DNA from: Craspedostauros australis
Taxonomy: Eukaryota
Direction of reading: 5' to 3'
Assembly: GCA_030167865.1 (NCBI GenBank)
Contig: JALAGF010003296.1
Span: 1 to 64,000 of the forward strand
Length of the DNA: 64,000 nucleotides
A program made the translations under genes and the position numbers. Positions 12,400-24,063 of the stretch are shown piece by piece (the stretch's first letter is position 1; the number at the start of each line of letters is the position of its first letter). Under the pieces are notes generated by a model. That model did not search any database, was not told the DNA's origin, and saw only the letters and a program-made list of their open reading frames with translations.

Positions 12400-15012
12400 C
12401 GGCCCAATGCAACATCCAACAACATCATTGTCACTGCCACCGTCACTGTCACGGAACTTATAGTGGATGGGCAAAAGGAGACTGTCAGAGCATTTCATTT
12501 GAGGCACTACAGCCAAGCCCACAAAGGACACAATTTGATGGCTGGCCATCATCATTGGTAAGGATAGGGAGAGTGCATCCAAGAGGCCATGATGTAGGTG
12601 CCTCCAAAGTTTGAGGCTCTGGGACAACCGGGAAGACGTCCACATGAAGGAAAAGTTGGTGGGGAGGCGGCGCATCCATCACATGACTTTGGCCATGAGC
12701 GGCGCTGCGCAAAAGACACCCAATCGTCAAGCCACCCATGTAAGATGTAGACAGCAGGAAAGTCCGTTTGCAGATCCATGGTGCTCTGATGACTTTTGAC
12801 ATCCGCCGTCCAGCTGATGCAGATCTGGACAAGTCGTGAACCATTGGCATCACCAACAAAATCAGCTGGAATCCGCAGGATTGCAACACCAAACCAGATG
12901 CCATCCAGCCCTTCTGCATGGGATGTTCACACATTGATGTTGATTCATGCCAAACCAAGCCACACAACACTCCAAGTTGCACCAACAAGACCCAAGTCTT
13001 GGTCCCAGTCGATGAGTCATCCATAAATGCCAAACCGTCAATCAATCTGGACACCAGCAAGGTGTATCTGAGATTGGACTACAATTCCATGGCTCCCAAT
13101 CTGTCCAAGCCCTACAGTTATAATGAAACAGAGCTTGAAGAAGGCCAGGGCACATCAGCTGTCGATTTCCTCCTCAACAACCTTGACTATGACACAATGA
13201 CTGGACAGCAAGGCAAGCTCTCTTTTGACTCGTTGGCGTATGCATCCTTTGTTTCTCGCGGTTTCCGAAATGGCGGAGACCTAGCTCTCTTCATCGGTCA
13301 GATGAAGCCATTGGAGCAACATGAGCGGCTCTAGCTGTCGATGGGTGTATCTTCCGGCACTGGAATCAACAAAGACACAGGCACAGGGTTGGTCACGAAT
13401 TTGGCTGCTGGTTGGGATACCTCGCCTGGATCTGACACGGCCAGCGATAAGACCCCCACTATCGCCAACATGCCACCAGAGAAGCGTGATAAGTCGGTAT
13501 CCAAATATGACGACCTTTCCGCATCGTTGGACAAGTTGCATCGCAACGATTCTGGTCCCCACCCCAAAACGAAGGGTCCAGATGTCATATACGATGTCGG
13601 TTTTTGTTCTGCCGCAAAGCACGACCTCGATAATGTGGAGAAAGTGGCCCATACCTTGGATGGCGAACCAGCCGCATCATCCGCAAAACGATTTGTTGCA
13701 CCATGCAAAGTTGCATGGTCGTCATCCGTTGGCCTATGATCCGGCACTTGAAGTGGCACTTCTCCTGGATGCGTCGTCCCCGTCTTTGCGAGGTTGTTGT
13801 GATTGATGCAGCATTTTTCAACATTTGCTCCTTTGAGAAAGGCTTCACATGCATGTAACTCTTGTTTGGTATGGCATCACACTTCATCAATGTCTATGGA
13901 TTATTGTCCAAAGAGGGCGTCATCCATTCTGTCCAAGACTTCATGTGTGAGGAGGGTGCATCATAGGCGTTCTGTTTGGACAATACCAGGAAACAGATTG
14001 ACGCGGAAGTGAACAAAGTTCTTCGTGGCCTCCACATCGTCATCGAACAGATGGAGCCAACATTCTCCCAGCAGAATCCGGATGAGCTGAGAGCAGTCAA
14101 GTGGATCCAACAACACGCCCATGTCTTGTTGGATCGTACTGGTGCTCCACCATGTGCATGGTTTCATACCACATGGTACATCGCTGATATTCATAACATC
14201 ACCGCATATCAGTCACTTCGGCATGGCATTCCTCTGACAATGCGACATGGCAACACTGTGGATACATCCCCTTTTCTGTCCTTCTGCTTCTATGAGAAGG
14301 TGCACTATCATGACCTGCAGTCATCTTCCCCAATTCAACCGAGGAGCCAGGATATTGGTTGGGAGTGGCACATTCCTGTGGTGACACACTCACCTATTAC
14401 ATCCTCACAGATGATACCCAGCACGTCATTGTCTTTTGTGTCATCCGACTGTTGCACACTAATTGGGCCAATCTCCACCTGCAGTTCGCGCCTGAGTTAT
14501 TTTCTGACATTGTGCACAACAAGCTGTAGGTCCCACTTCAGCTCAGCCACAAGCGTGTTTCAATCACGGCAAAGCTGGTCAACTGTCACAAGCCCCACAA
14601 GTGTGCTCCAACCAAGAAGCATCACTCCCACCAGAACCATCTTACTGCATTGGTACCTGGCCCACACCCTGGCATGGATGTGCTGACAGCTACAGTTACT
14701 GAACGGCTTGTTGCACCACCACCGGTCTCTACCGGTCAGCCACCAATTGCACTGCCTGTCCTTGCTCCTGTCAAGGCTCCAGGTCCTGGCCATTCATGTT
14801 CCGTCCAGAGGTGCCATGTCCAGCCTGGTCGTCCGTCTGCGCTTCTTGGGCATGGCTTGTCTCGTCTTTTGTCTGCCATGGGGCATCGCCACGGATCTTG
14901 TGTGCCGCGTGCTAGCCGCTCGGTTCCTGTCCTTCCCATGCCAGTGGGTGACCCTACTGTTATTGAACCTGCGGCAACGCCTGCTCTGGGCATGCCGGCT
15001 TCAGAGGGGGAG
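12400..15012 (+). mobile_element. Degenerate Ty1/copia-like (diatom CoDi-type) LTR retrotransposon remnant with pol/integrase fragments
   Basis: Fragments broken by stops and frameshifts: LQIHGALMTFDIRRPADADLD..SWNP; HFINVYGLLSK..VQDFM; integrase-like EQMEPTFSQQNPDELRAVKWIQQHAHVLLDRTGAP..W..HN..GIPLTMRHGNTVDTSPFLSFCFYEKVHYHD; EEPGYWLGVAHSCGDTLTYYILTDDTQ. Possible polypurine tract AGAGGGGGAG at 15003-15012. No RT/RNaseH recognised; boundaries approximate. Confidence 0.82.
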
Positions 15013-15317
15013 TTTGAAACAGAGCCAACGTGTGGTGATGATGTGGGAATTTGTGAGTGATGGCGATGATGCTTGACAGGTGATGTGCGATGTGTGGTGT
15101 TCGGCAACGATTTGTGTGTGGTGGGGACACGCAAAAGGTGGAGGCATGTGGCACATGCTAACGTGTATTTAACGCGTACCAAACGAACGACACAATCGGA
15201 ATCGCTTCCGTGACTGGGTATCTTACGATAAATACTCCGGAACGTCATAGAAAATTCTGCGAAACAAGAAGGATTTTGGTGGAGTTCGACCCCTATGGCT
15301 TCAGGATTTCGTTGAAT

Positions 15318-15464
15318 GTCCATAAGACTTAAAATAGGATCTAACCCAAAAATGTATTGGTTAAATATTTATAAGGAGGCTTCGAGGATTACGGGTATGT
15401 GATTGATTTGGATGTACGAGATAAAGTTTCTGGAGGCCAATCAATAGTTGCAGGTCGACTCGCT
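15318..15464 (-). repeat. Right copy of ~145-bp imperfect inverted repeat; overlaps the cyclin stop codon
   Basis: Reverse complement aligns to 11723-11868 and includes cyclin codons SESTCNY-stop. Confidence 0.85.
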
Positions 15465-16927
15465 TCCAAGAGGCAATAGATGGCGCCTTCCGACGACATC
15501 GACCGGGGACACTGTGCGTGCCGCGGAAGCCGTGGTGTTCAGGCTGATCGTTCCATGTGCCGGCGACTGCTGGTGGTTCTGAGTATGTTGCCCGTGCTGT
15601 TGCTCATTCTGTTGATGCTGCGCAGAGGGGTCGTCGGCCTGCTCGTGAGGTAGCAAACCGACCGCTTGATGATAGATCACATGGAGCCTCTCGCGGCAGG
15701 CCAGGATGGAGGGCGAATCTGTGATGAAGCTGGCTTGGATGATGGTCAGCCGAGCCAGGAAGAAGTCGAGGCGTTCAGGCCCGTTGCGACGGATGAGCTC
15801 TTCCAGAGCATTGAGCAGCGCCGCGATGGCGATCTCGTAAGATTTGTAGGGGACGAAGTTGTAGTCGATGACTGACAGCTCCGCCATGAACTGGGCGAGG
15901 TCGCGGACCTCGTGATCCCACGAGCAAATGAAGAGAATGTGCTGGATGAAATCGAAGGGGGTGGGAGGATGGACGTGCCACTTCAAGCGAGAGAGAAGCT
16001 CGGATTCCATGGCCTCCATCTGCTTGATGGTGAAGTTGCCCTTGCTGAGCATGAGGATGGTCTCCATCGTTGACGACGATCCTTCCACCATCAGGTACTT
16101 GAAGATGTACAGCTTGATTGCCAGGTTGAGGCACGTCATGGCGAGGAGCTGGAAGGCGGCCTTGTCGTAGACCGGTTCGCACGTCGCAAGGTACCTGTCG
16201 AAGTAGTTCATGGCGACGGCCACGATATCCCGGCGAAGATCGAAGTGATCCACGACTGCAGTGATCGATTGGAGTAGGACAGGATTCAATGCGGAAGCAC
16301 AGCAGCGTAGCGAGCAGAAGCGGTGCACGAAGACACGTGTGAGGTCGGATGGTGCATACGAGAACGTACGATATATAGTGGTACAGTAGTCCAACGCAGA
16401 TCGCGATGGGTTGCGATGGTCCGGAAGCACACCATTCGAATGTCTATCGACACTGCGCTGCCCCTCCAAATGTGGGGGGTGCCTCGTATGTATGGCATTC
16501 GCACAGACGATCGTCTCGACTTCAATTGATTCGACTTACCTTGATACTGCCATTCGCACAACTTCTCTCGCCAGAAGCGGTTGATGAGGGTAGATCTTAC
16601 AGATCCTTGTCTCGGATCGTCTGGATTCTGCCTTCCTGCTCCTTCTCCCGGCGCTGTTTGGGCTGTATGGCATGCTCGGATTGGCAGGTACGGGCCGCTT
16701 GCGTCGCGATTCGTGCCTTCGACCCCGGCATCGTCCGCGCTGCTCGATCGGCATCTCTTGTTGGGACTGCGGCACACATCGTCGGGCACATGATGCATTG
16801 GAGCTGGTGGTTGTGGGCCAGTCTGAGCAGATGCATCTCTGTACATGCGGTCGAGGTAGTCGCTCGTGCAGTAGGTCTCATTCTCTTGCCTCAGAAGGGC
16901 CGTGAGGCGCTCGTGCGGGTCCACCAT
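15441..16927 (-). CDS. Cyclin, diatom-specific (dsCYC-like) type (2 exons)
   Basis: Exon 1 16927-16540 and exon 2 16255-15441 (intron GTAAGT...TGCAG) splice to WREKLCEWQYQVVDHFDLRRDIVAVAMNYFDRYL..FQLLAMTCLNLAIKL..MESELLSRLKWHVHPPTP, a cyclin box, followed by a C-terminal domain ending in an SPV motif. Confidence 0.92.
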
Positions 16928-19900
16928 GGTTGTCTTGACCGTGCTGGTGTGTTGTGCGCGATGGGACCAAGGGGATGTATGGTATTGGTAATGGTGTTGG
17001 TATTGGTGTGGCAGGGGCTGTCGGTGAAATGTCCAATTAGCTGCGGGTACAAGTGCGAGTGCGAGATGAGTTGTTTTATCGTGTTGTTGCTGTTGCTTCT
17101 ACAGTTGCTCCTGCAGATGCTTTTGGGAGGATGCTGGATTTGTGTGCGGATTGATGAGCGGAATGGTGTTGAGGGACTTTTGCATGCACAACCAACTCAT
17201 TTCGCGTCGACTCTTCCCTTGCCTTCGTTTGGTCAGGGGCTGTGGAGTATCTGGCGGAGTGGAGTGTCTGGCGGAGTGTATGGTGGAGTGTATGGCGCTT
17301 GTCCTTCTGTGGTATGAGCACCATGTGATGAAGTGCACGAGCACAGACGTCACTGCGTGCAAGTACTGGTGTGGCGTGAGTACCAATGGGGCACACACGT
17401 TGAGACTGCGAGTGCGAGCGGAGACCCAGACGCGAGAAGCAGCAGCCGAGGCAGAAGCAAGGAAGAGTGAGATAGGACAGAGAAGCAGCAGCGGCTGGAA
17501 CTGTCTGGAAGAAGGGAAGGAACAGCGTCTGGGCGGCAAGGGATGTGTTCTGGTTCGGAGCGGCTCTGCTCCTGTTGATTCTGCTGTTTCTGCTGCGGGG
17601 CACTCGTGTTCGCGGTCCAGCGGATGCCCTCTTCTCCCCCTTGATGTTTGCGCGCCTCTCCCTCGCGCTTCGTGTTCATGTGCACATCCTTTGTGCATCA
17701 GTTTTGGTGGGTGTGCGTGTCTACATAGATCGCACAAGCCACAAGTATCCAAGGCCTGCGCTCGTGCTCGCACACTGGTGATTGCGCTCTTATGTGTTTC
17801 GTGTGTTTGGGTGATTGTGTGTGCAAAACCCCCCGAAAATTCAATCCAGGATACTTCTGTGTCACAAACGCATGGCTGTCGTTAAACAAGCTCCCACGGC
17901 GAACCCTGCCGGCGAATAAATGAGGGTCTTCTGCAAAGCCACAAGAATCTTCCTCGGTTTTCTTTATTGCGAGACTGTAACAAACAACGCCGCGCCTCCC
18001 CTCTCAAACACCAATAATCATCACTGGTGGGACCAAACTTGACCCAATCCACATGGTGGACAATGCACCTAACTGACAAGGAAGAAAATGGAGGAATGGA
18101 GCTGGGTTGCATGTTGCGTCGCTGAGGAAACTTATCCGCAGTTCTTCTACCCGCAATGATCCAGCCAGACGAGCCTCCTTCTTCGTCGAGGTAGATGCGT
18201 ATTATGGTATGTCAGGGAGGGAGAAGCAAGCACTTTTTGTGTTCGGGCGCCAATGCTTCCGCTTTGGTGGCTGTGGTTATGGCAGCGGTCATGACGGTGA
18301 CTATGGTTGTGACTGTGGTGGTTGTGGTGGTTGTGGCTGTTGCGTAGTCGTGCAACTACCCATATGTGTACGAGTACTCTGCGTGTGCTCTGCGCGTACC
18401 TAGTCTATGCGACCGTGCGTCCAAGTATACAAGCGGTTTGCTACCGCCATCCCCTCCCCAGTCTTCATCCCTTGCCCCAACCGCCAACGTGATCGTTGCA
18501 GACGCGAGAGCTGGGGCTGAACACGCCCATCCTGTCACCCCTCTGACATCAACTTCCGATCACTCATCAATCAACCAACCGATCAACCCAACGCGCAGTT
18601 CAACACCTCAACACATCGATCGATCAATCAAGCGACAACCCAAGAACAAACCAAGACTCCTCTCTGCTCTGCCCTGCCCTGCTTGCTGATCCTCGCACCG
18701 CACTATTATATTCCATACCATGCACGCGACGACGAGTACGAATACGCTCACAAGACAAAAAAAACACCGAAGGCACATGCTGGGAAAGAAGAATGCGAGA
18801 CGGAATCGAGGAACGATGATGTTCCGTGTTTTTGGCACGTGGGTGGAGCACAAATCAGTGATGCCTCTCTCCATGGTGGTGTGATGATTTTTCTGCTTTC
18901 TTTCAGGCCAAGTTGAACAAGGATCTTCTTCTCACCTTCTGCTTCTGCCCTTTCGCACCCAAGAGAGCTCTCCGAACACACAAGCCTCGCACGCGATCTA
19001 TTCCCGCAACGTGCGGCAGGACAAGAGCCAGATCATGTGTGACGCCACAACTTTGATTCCTTCATCGGTTGTTTGGTCACCAGATGGAAGCGTGCAGTGG
19101 CAGTGGCAGCAGCGGCAACATCGCGATAAGAGCAGCGGCCGTTGCAACGAATACCAAAGACAAGAGGCACAAGCGCCCTTGGGATGGACTCCCAAGACGA
19201 TTCCTCCACGTTCGCTGGAGTATGTACGGCTCTTTCTCCCTTCATTCTGTGATCGTTGCCTTTTTCTTCGCATCAAAGAAGTTGCCTTGCCGTGATCTTG
19301 TCAACTTCTTTTTCGTCTTCGTTGCTGACGGAGATCTTGCACCACAGCTTTGTTTTCTCCACTCGAAGCGCCCCTCAGTATCGTGAGATCTGTAGCTGGT
19401 CGAGCGTCGGGACCCCGAAGGTTCCAGTATCGCGGATTGAGAGAGATACGGGTTCCCTTGAAGGTATTGTACAACACCAAATTACGAGTATTGCTGTCAG
19501 AAATTCTCTGTTGCTTGTGGATGCAATGGCTGGTATGGCGGAGTGCCCCAACAATGCCGGCGGCGCGCTTTTCCCAAACCTGGATGCCGCGATTTGAATC
19601 GCACCAAGTCTTATGCAGCCGAACAGAGCGGAGTACTTGCTCTCTGTCTCTCTGTCTGTGCATCCGCATCTGTGTTTGGCTCCGCCCGCGAGCGTTTCCA
19701 GATCGATGGCGTCTAGCACCACCCGTGTACTTTCGGATTGCTCCACCATGCCCGTCCATGGACCTCGCCAACTGGAAGCGATCGCAAGCGCTATCGCCGC
19801 AACGTGAGCAAGCTTGCAGAAAGCCTTGACTCCTCAGCTCGAATCGAAACATGATGCGGCGCCTGTAAGAATTCCAATCCGCCAGAGGGAATGCAACGAT

Positions 19901-20710
19901 ACCATGGCGGAGCACAGGAAAAAGAGAAGAAGCAGCCTTCTCTGCTCCGCAAGCCCCCTGGCGTATCGTCATTGGATCGCCCTCGTTTGAATTGGTGTGG
20001 GTATCAAAGCATGTGTGCGCGTCATCCATAGTCACCACCAGTGTGGAAGCAGAGCAGACGACCTCTGTTCGCATCCCTCAAAGCGCACATCCGTGCCTTC
20101 ATTCATCCTTCTACCCGAATTGTTCCTTCTGCCAGATGGATCGTGCCGGTATCGATGGATCCATTGACATGTCAATGCGGATCCAGGGCACTTGATGCCG
20201 TTCACCCTGACCTTCTTTGCTGCTTGATGACACAGACAATCGGTTCCTGTCTTTCTCCCTGTTCTCTCTCTAGAAACTCCCGACATTGTAGCCTTCCACG
20301 ATTCGTTTGATTGAATCACGCCCCATGCGCGTGTCTGTACGTCGACCGATCACGCATCTGCCAAATTTGGCGAAGAACATCTCCACGACATTTTCCAACA
20401 ACCCACCACAGCAGTCGTACAGTCGAACAAAACCCATGACTCATCCATCAATCCATAGATCCATCCATCCGTCCAGTCCCCAATCCAACTACGATCGATC
20501 ATACCAATGCACCGTACCCTTGTGATTATTAGCACGCTGTACGAAAGATCAGCCAATTGATCGATCGCTCGATCCAGCTATCAATAGATCAGACTCAGAC
20601 ACGTCGAAGTGCTTGTGGTTTTCAGTCCACACGTACTATACTCTCCAAATTATATCGCGAATAGTCCATGCCGCACAATCTACGTAGCGGCCGATCAAGC
20701 GATAGTCGTG

Positions 20711-21898
20711 ATGATTGCGAGGCCTAGATACGCGGTGATTCGGACCGTCGTGTTGTGTTGGCTTTGCAGCAGGATCGATGGATGGAACCTCAGCAGAACT
20801 CCGATCGTTTCCAGGCGAACAGGGGTTGGTGGCAATGAAGCCTCACCCGCCATTCACAACAGCATGGCGCAACCAACATCATTCACAGCCGTACTCATGG
20901 ACGTAACCACAGACGCAGTGACGGAACATTCGGAAATACAAGGAAACGGAGACTGCACAACGACCGTCGTCGGAATGATTCAGAAATACGCAGTCTCCAT
21001 GCTGTCCATTGCATGCCTGTGGTGCGCTCTATCCTTGACGAATGCAATCCACGCTCAACCGCCAACAGCCTGGGCTGCTGAGACGTCGGGGACAGCAATA
21101 AAGGCCACTCAGACCAAGGAATGGGATCTGATGAATGGGTTTGTGAAGCTGGAAGACCCGACGTTGCTCCGATTTCAAGATCGGACCACCAACGAGGAAC
21201 GTTCTGTGCGACTCGCAAAACCACAATTGATCGGTGCTGGCGGAGGTGGTGCGGTATTCGCCTTCGATCAGGCCTCGTCACCACCTACCGCAACCAACAG
21301 CAACGATGAAGCAACACCGTCGTCACCATCGGTCGAACGTGACATGCTCCTCAAGGTCAGCTGGGATCGCAGCGCGAAGACGGTGCAGCGTGAATGCCAG
21401 ACGTTGCAGCTTCTGGAAGATCGCCACGTGAATGCGGCAGAACGATGCCTGTCGTCTTTCGCGTATCCTGACAACCGCGTCATGATCCTGGTGCAACCCT
21501 ACATGCGCGATGCGGTGGCCAGCGTGCCGGAAGTCGTGAACGAGGCGGGCCGCGCAGTTGCTGTCGACGAGATCTCGCGCACCTTGGTGCAGATGTTGGC
21601 CGCCAACATCATCACGATCGATGTACAGCCGCTGATATCCAAGACGACGGGCCAGACGATCTTCATCGACATGACTGAGGCGCAGGTCTTGTCGAGTGCC
21701 AAGGAATACAGCTTTCTGGATCGGACGTTGATCTCTTCGTTTTGTGCCGAGATGGTGGCGCTGGTACCGGAGCAGTATTGGGTGGCCGCCAAGCAAGCCA
21801 TCTTGGACGAATTGCAGCTGATGGAACAGAGGGGGCAGAGGTTTCCAGGACAAGCCATGGAGGTGCTGGAAGAGCAGACGCCATTTTTGACGGACTGA
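20711..21898 (+). CDS. Atypical protein-kinase-like protein with predicted plastid (possibly thylakoid) targeting
   Basis: Signal peptide ...LCWLCSRIDG|W, then a second hydrophobic stretch ending PPTAWA. Kinase-like motifs LIGAGGGGAVF, LLKVS, RECQTL, ITIDVQPLI, FIDMTEA. Confidence 0.7.
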   Translation: MIARPRYAVIRTVVLCWLCSRIDGWNLSRTPIVSRRTGVGGNEASPAIHNSMAQPTSFTAVLMDVTTDAVTEHSEIQGNGDCTTTVVGMIQKYAVSMLSIACLWCALSLTNAIHAQPPTAWAAETSGTAIKATQTKEWDLMNGFVKLEDPTLLRFQDRTTNEERSVRLAKPQLIGAGGGGAVFAFDQASSPPTATNSNDEATPSSPSVERDMLLKVSWDRSAKTVQRECQTLQLLEDRHVNAAERCLSSFAYPDNRVMILVQPYMRDAVASVPEVVNEAGRAVAVDEISRTLVQMLAANIITIDVQPLISKTTGQTIFIDMTEAQVLSSAKEYSFLDRTLISSFCAEMVALVPEQYWVAAKQAILDELQLMEQRGQRFPGQAMEVLEEQTPFLTD

Positions 21899-21929
21899 AG
21901 ATTCGGTTTGGACCATGGTGTCCGCCCTT

Positions 21930-21988
21930 GGTTGGTTGGTTGGTTGGTTGAGATGGATGGATGGATGGTTGGTTGGTTGGTTGGTTGG
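21930..21988. repeat. Compound (GGTT)n/(GGAT)n microsatellite
   Basis: Visible tetranucleotide runs between two convergent genes. Confidence 0.9.
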
Positions 21989-22181
21989 AATCTCGAGAGT
22001 GCTCCACAATACTCTGGTATAGAATGGCACCTGGAGTCACTCCGGAGTAGACACGCCGCGCAATGAAGTTCGAAATGCGCCACATCTCATGGAGACCGTT
22101 CTGCCACTGCTCAGACATAGACAACGTATCATGAATAACGCCATAGAACACGTAGTATGCGCGCCATTATTATCGCTCAAT

Positions 22182-23418
22182 TTAACTCTGCTTATCCCAA
22201 GGATAAACACCATCGAAGGCAGGCTCGCCAGGACTGCGGAGGGCATGCAACGGACTGCGTTCGCTGTCCGAACCAAAGTACCACCCGGATTGATCCGGCG
22301 TAGCCTTGAAGATGCAGTGGCGCAGCGACGACGTGCCCTCCTCAGGAGTCAGGTTGGCACCCCGCCCCTTGGTCATCTTGGTGTTCACGAAACCTGGAGT
22401 CAAGCAATAGGACGCAATCTTTTCAGCGTCATGCTGCTTGGCCAGTGCCATGGAGTAGCATGCCAGCAAGGCCTTGCTGAGCCCGTATCCCTTGTAGCTG
22501 TCCTTCTCCCAGCCTTCCGATTCCAGCTCCTGGATGCCCTCCCACGTGATGTTGGGATCGCACAATCGCTGTTGCTTGTTCTCATCATGCTTGGCCACGA
22601 ACATGGGACCTGCGCCGGATCCCGTGTGGACGATGCGGCATGATGCGGACGCGTCGAACAACGGGCTGAAATGATCCACGACGCGCTTCGGGCCGTGCAG
22701 GTTGACGTTGAGGATGTCCTCGGCCTCGTAGGTGGCATTGATCGGCGCGATGCCGGCATTGTTGACAATCACATTCAGCTTGACGCCCTTGTCGGCGAGC
22801 TGCTTCGCCGCGGCTGCAACGGATTCCTCCACGCCAACGTCCATGATGACGAGTTCGACCATCGATTCGGCATCATGACTTTTACCCAGCGACGCCTTGC
22901 CATGCTCCACTACAGCCTTGAGAGCATCCGCACCTTTGGCGGGGTTGCGAGCGCAAAGGAAGACCTTGGCCTTGTGATATGCTACCAGCTGCTTCGATAG
23001 AGCTGTAACAGCAGCAGCAGCAGCATCATTGGAGTTGGCATGGTAGACAGAGGAGCCGCGTATGTCAACATGTGCGGTGCCAAGCAATACGTCAGACGGA
23101 TAGGTGTGAGAGGTTGCCCAATCTTGCGAGTGGAGAATGCTTGAAGAAGGCCCGTGCCGGCCGGACAGCTGAACCATGGACCGCCGATTGATCAGGCGCA
23201 GCCGTGCGGACAAGCATCCCTTCGCAGAATGCGTATTTGAAATGGAGCAGGGTCCTCGGAGAGTGCACAATGTCACCTTGACCTCAGGTGGTCTCTGCGG
23301 TGCTCCCGATGGACCACCTCTTGGAGCACACCTACCAATGCGATATCATCCTAAGACACTCTGCGCACTCACCCAGCCCAATCCCATCGGATGCTCCCGT
23401 GACGAGGATGTTCAACAT
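22182..23418 (-). CDS. Short-chain dehydrogenase/reductase (carbonyl reductase-like), 2 exons
   Basis: Exon 1 23418-23373 MLNILVTGASDGIGL (TGxxxGIG), intron 23372-23003 (GTGAGT...ACAG), exon 2 23002-22182 with VNNAGI, NVNLHGP, YGLSK (YxxxK) and PGFVNTKMT. Confidence 0.92.
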
Positions 23419-24063
23419 GATTACTCCAGAGTACTCTTCTTTGGCTTGATCGATGAGGCGATTGACTGTTTGGTCTGATTGAGCGGAGTGGAGTGGAGTG
23501 GAGGGCGGCTTGGTGGTTTGGCAGGATGCAATTTATGTCGTGATTCGATCAGCATCGAACCAAGTCTCCGAACCAAGACACAGACGGTGTGCGTTGCCAT
23601 TGCTGCTGCTGTCGCCGCAGTCGGTGATGATGTGGGGCCGCTTGTGTTGCCGAAGAGCGAAGGAGGTGGAAAGATACCCTTCCCGTTTCTGTTGAAACTT
23701 TCGAAGTTGTTCTTCTCCAGCGCATCGATTCGTTCGAATAATTGTTGTCAGTCTGACTGGTCGAAGTAGCGCATACGCCTATTACTGTATTAGAAGATGG
23801 ATCTTTTTCGCGCCAAACCGTCATCAATCCTGACAGATCCCTCAAGTGTCGTATCTTTGATGTGTCTTCTGACATCGTCGCCGCGAGGGTGGATTGAGAG
23901 AGAGGATGGTTGTTGGTGTTGTTGGTGGACAGGTGATGGGCCATCTTGTGAGATCATACGACTACTCGTGGCAGCCACAATCATTGAATAACATTTTACT
24001 CGTGATCAGTCCACACGAAGAGTTCTCTACCCAACGACGCTCCGTAGATCGTATTGTTCCAAG

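Noticed and set aside
11723-15464. DIRS-type retroelement (which has inverted termini)
   Set aside because: The internal fragments are copia-type DDE integrase; no tyrosine recombinase or DIRS RT was recognised.
19256-20074. Overlapping 110-260 aa ORFs upstream of the kinase-like gene
   Set aside because: No domain motifs or consistent splice structure; cannot be supported as coding.
23549-23944. Small gene between SDR and DUF3119
   Set aside because: No recognisable motif, the alternative protein-like frame contains a stop, and it lies in a short divergent promoter region.
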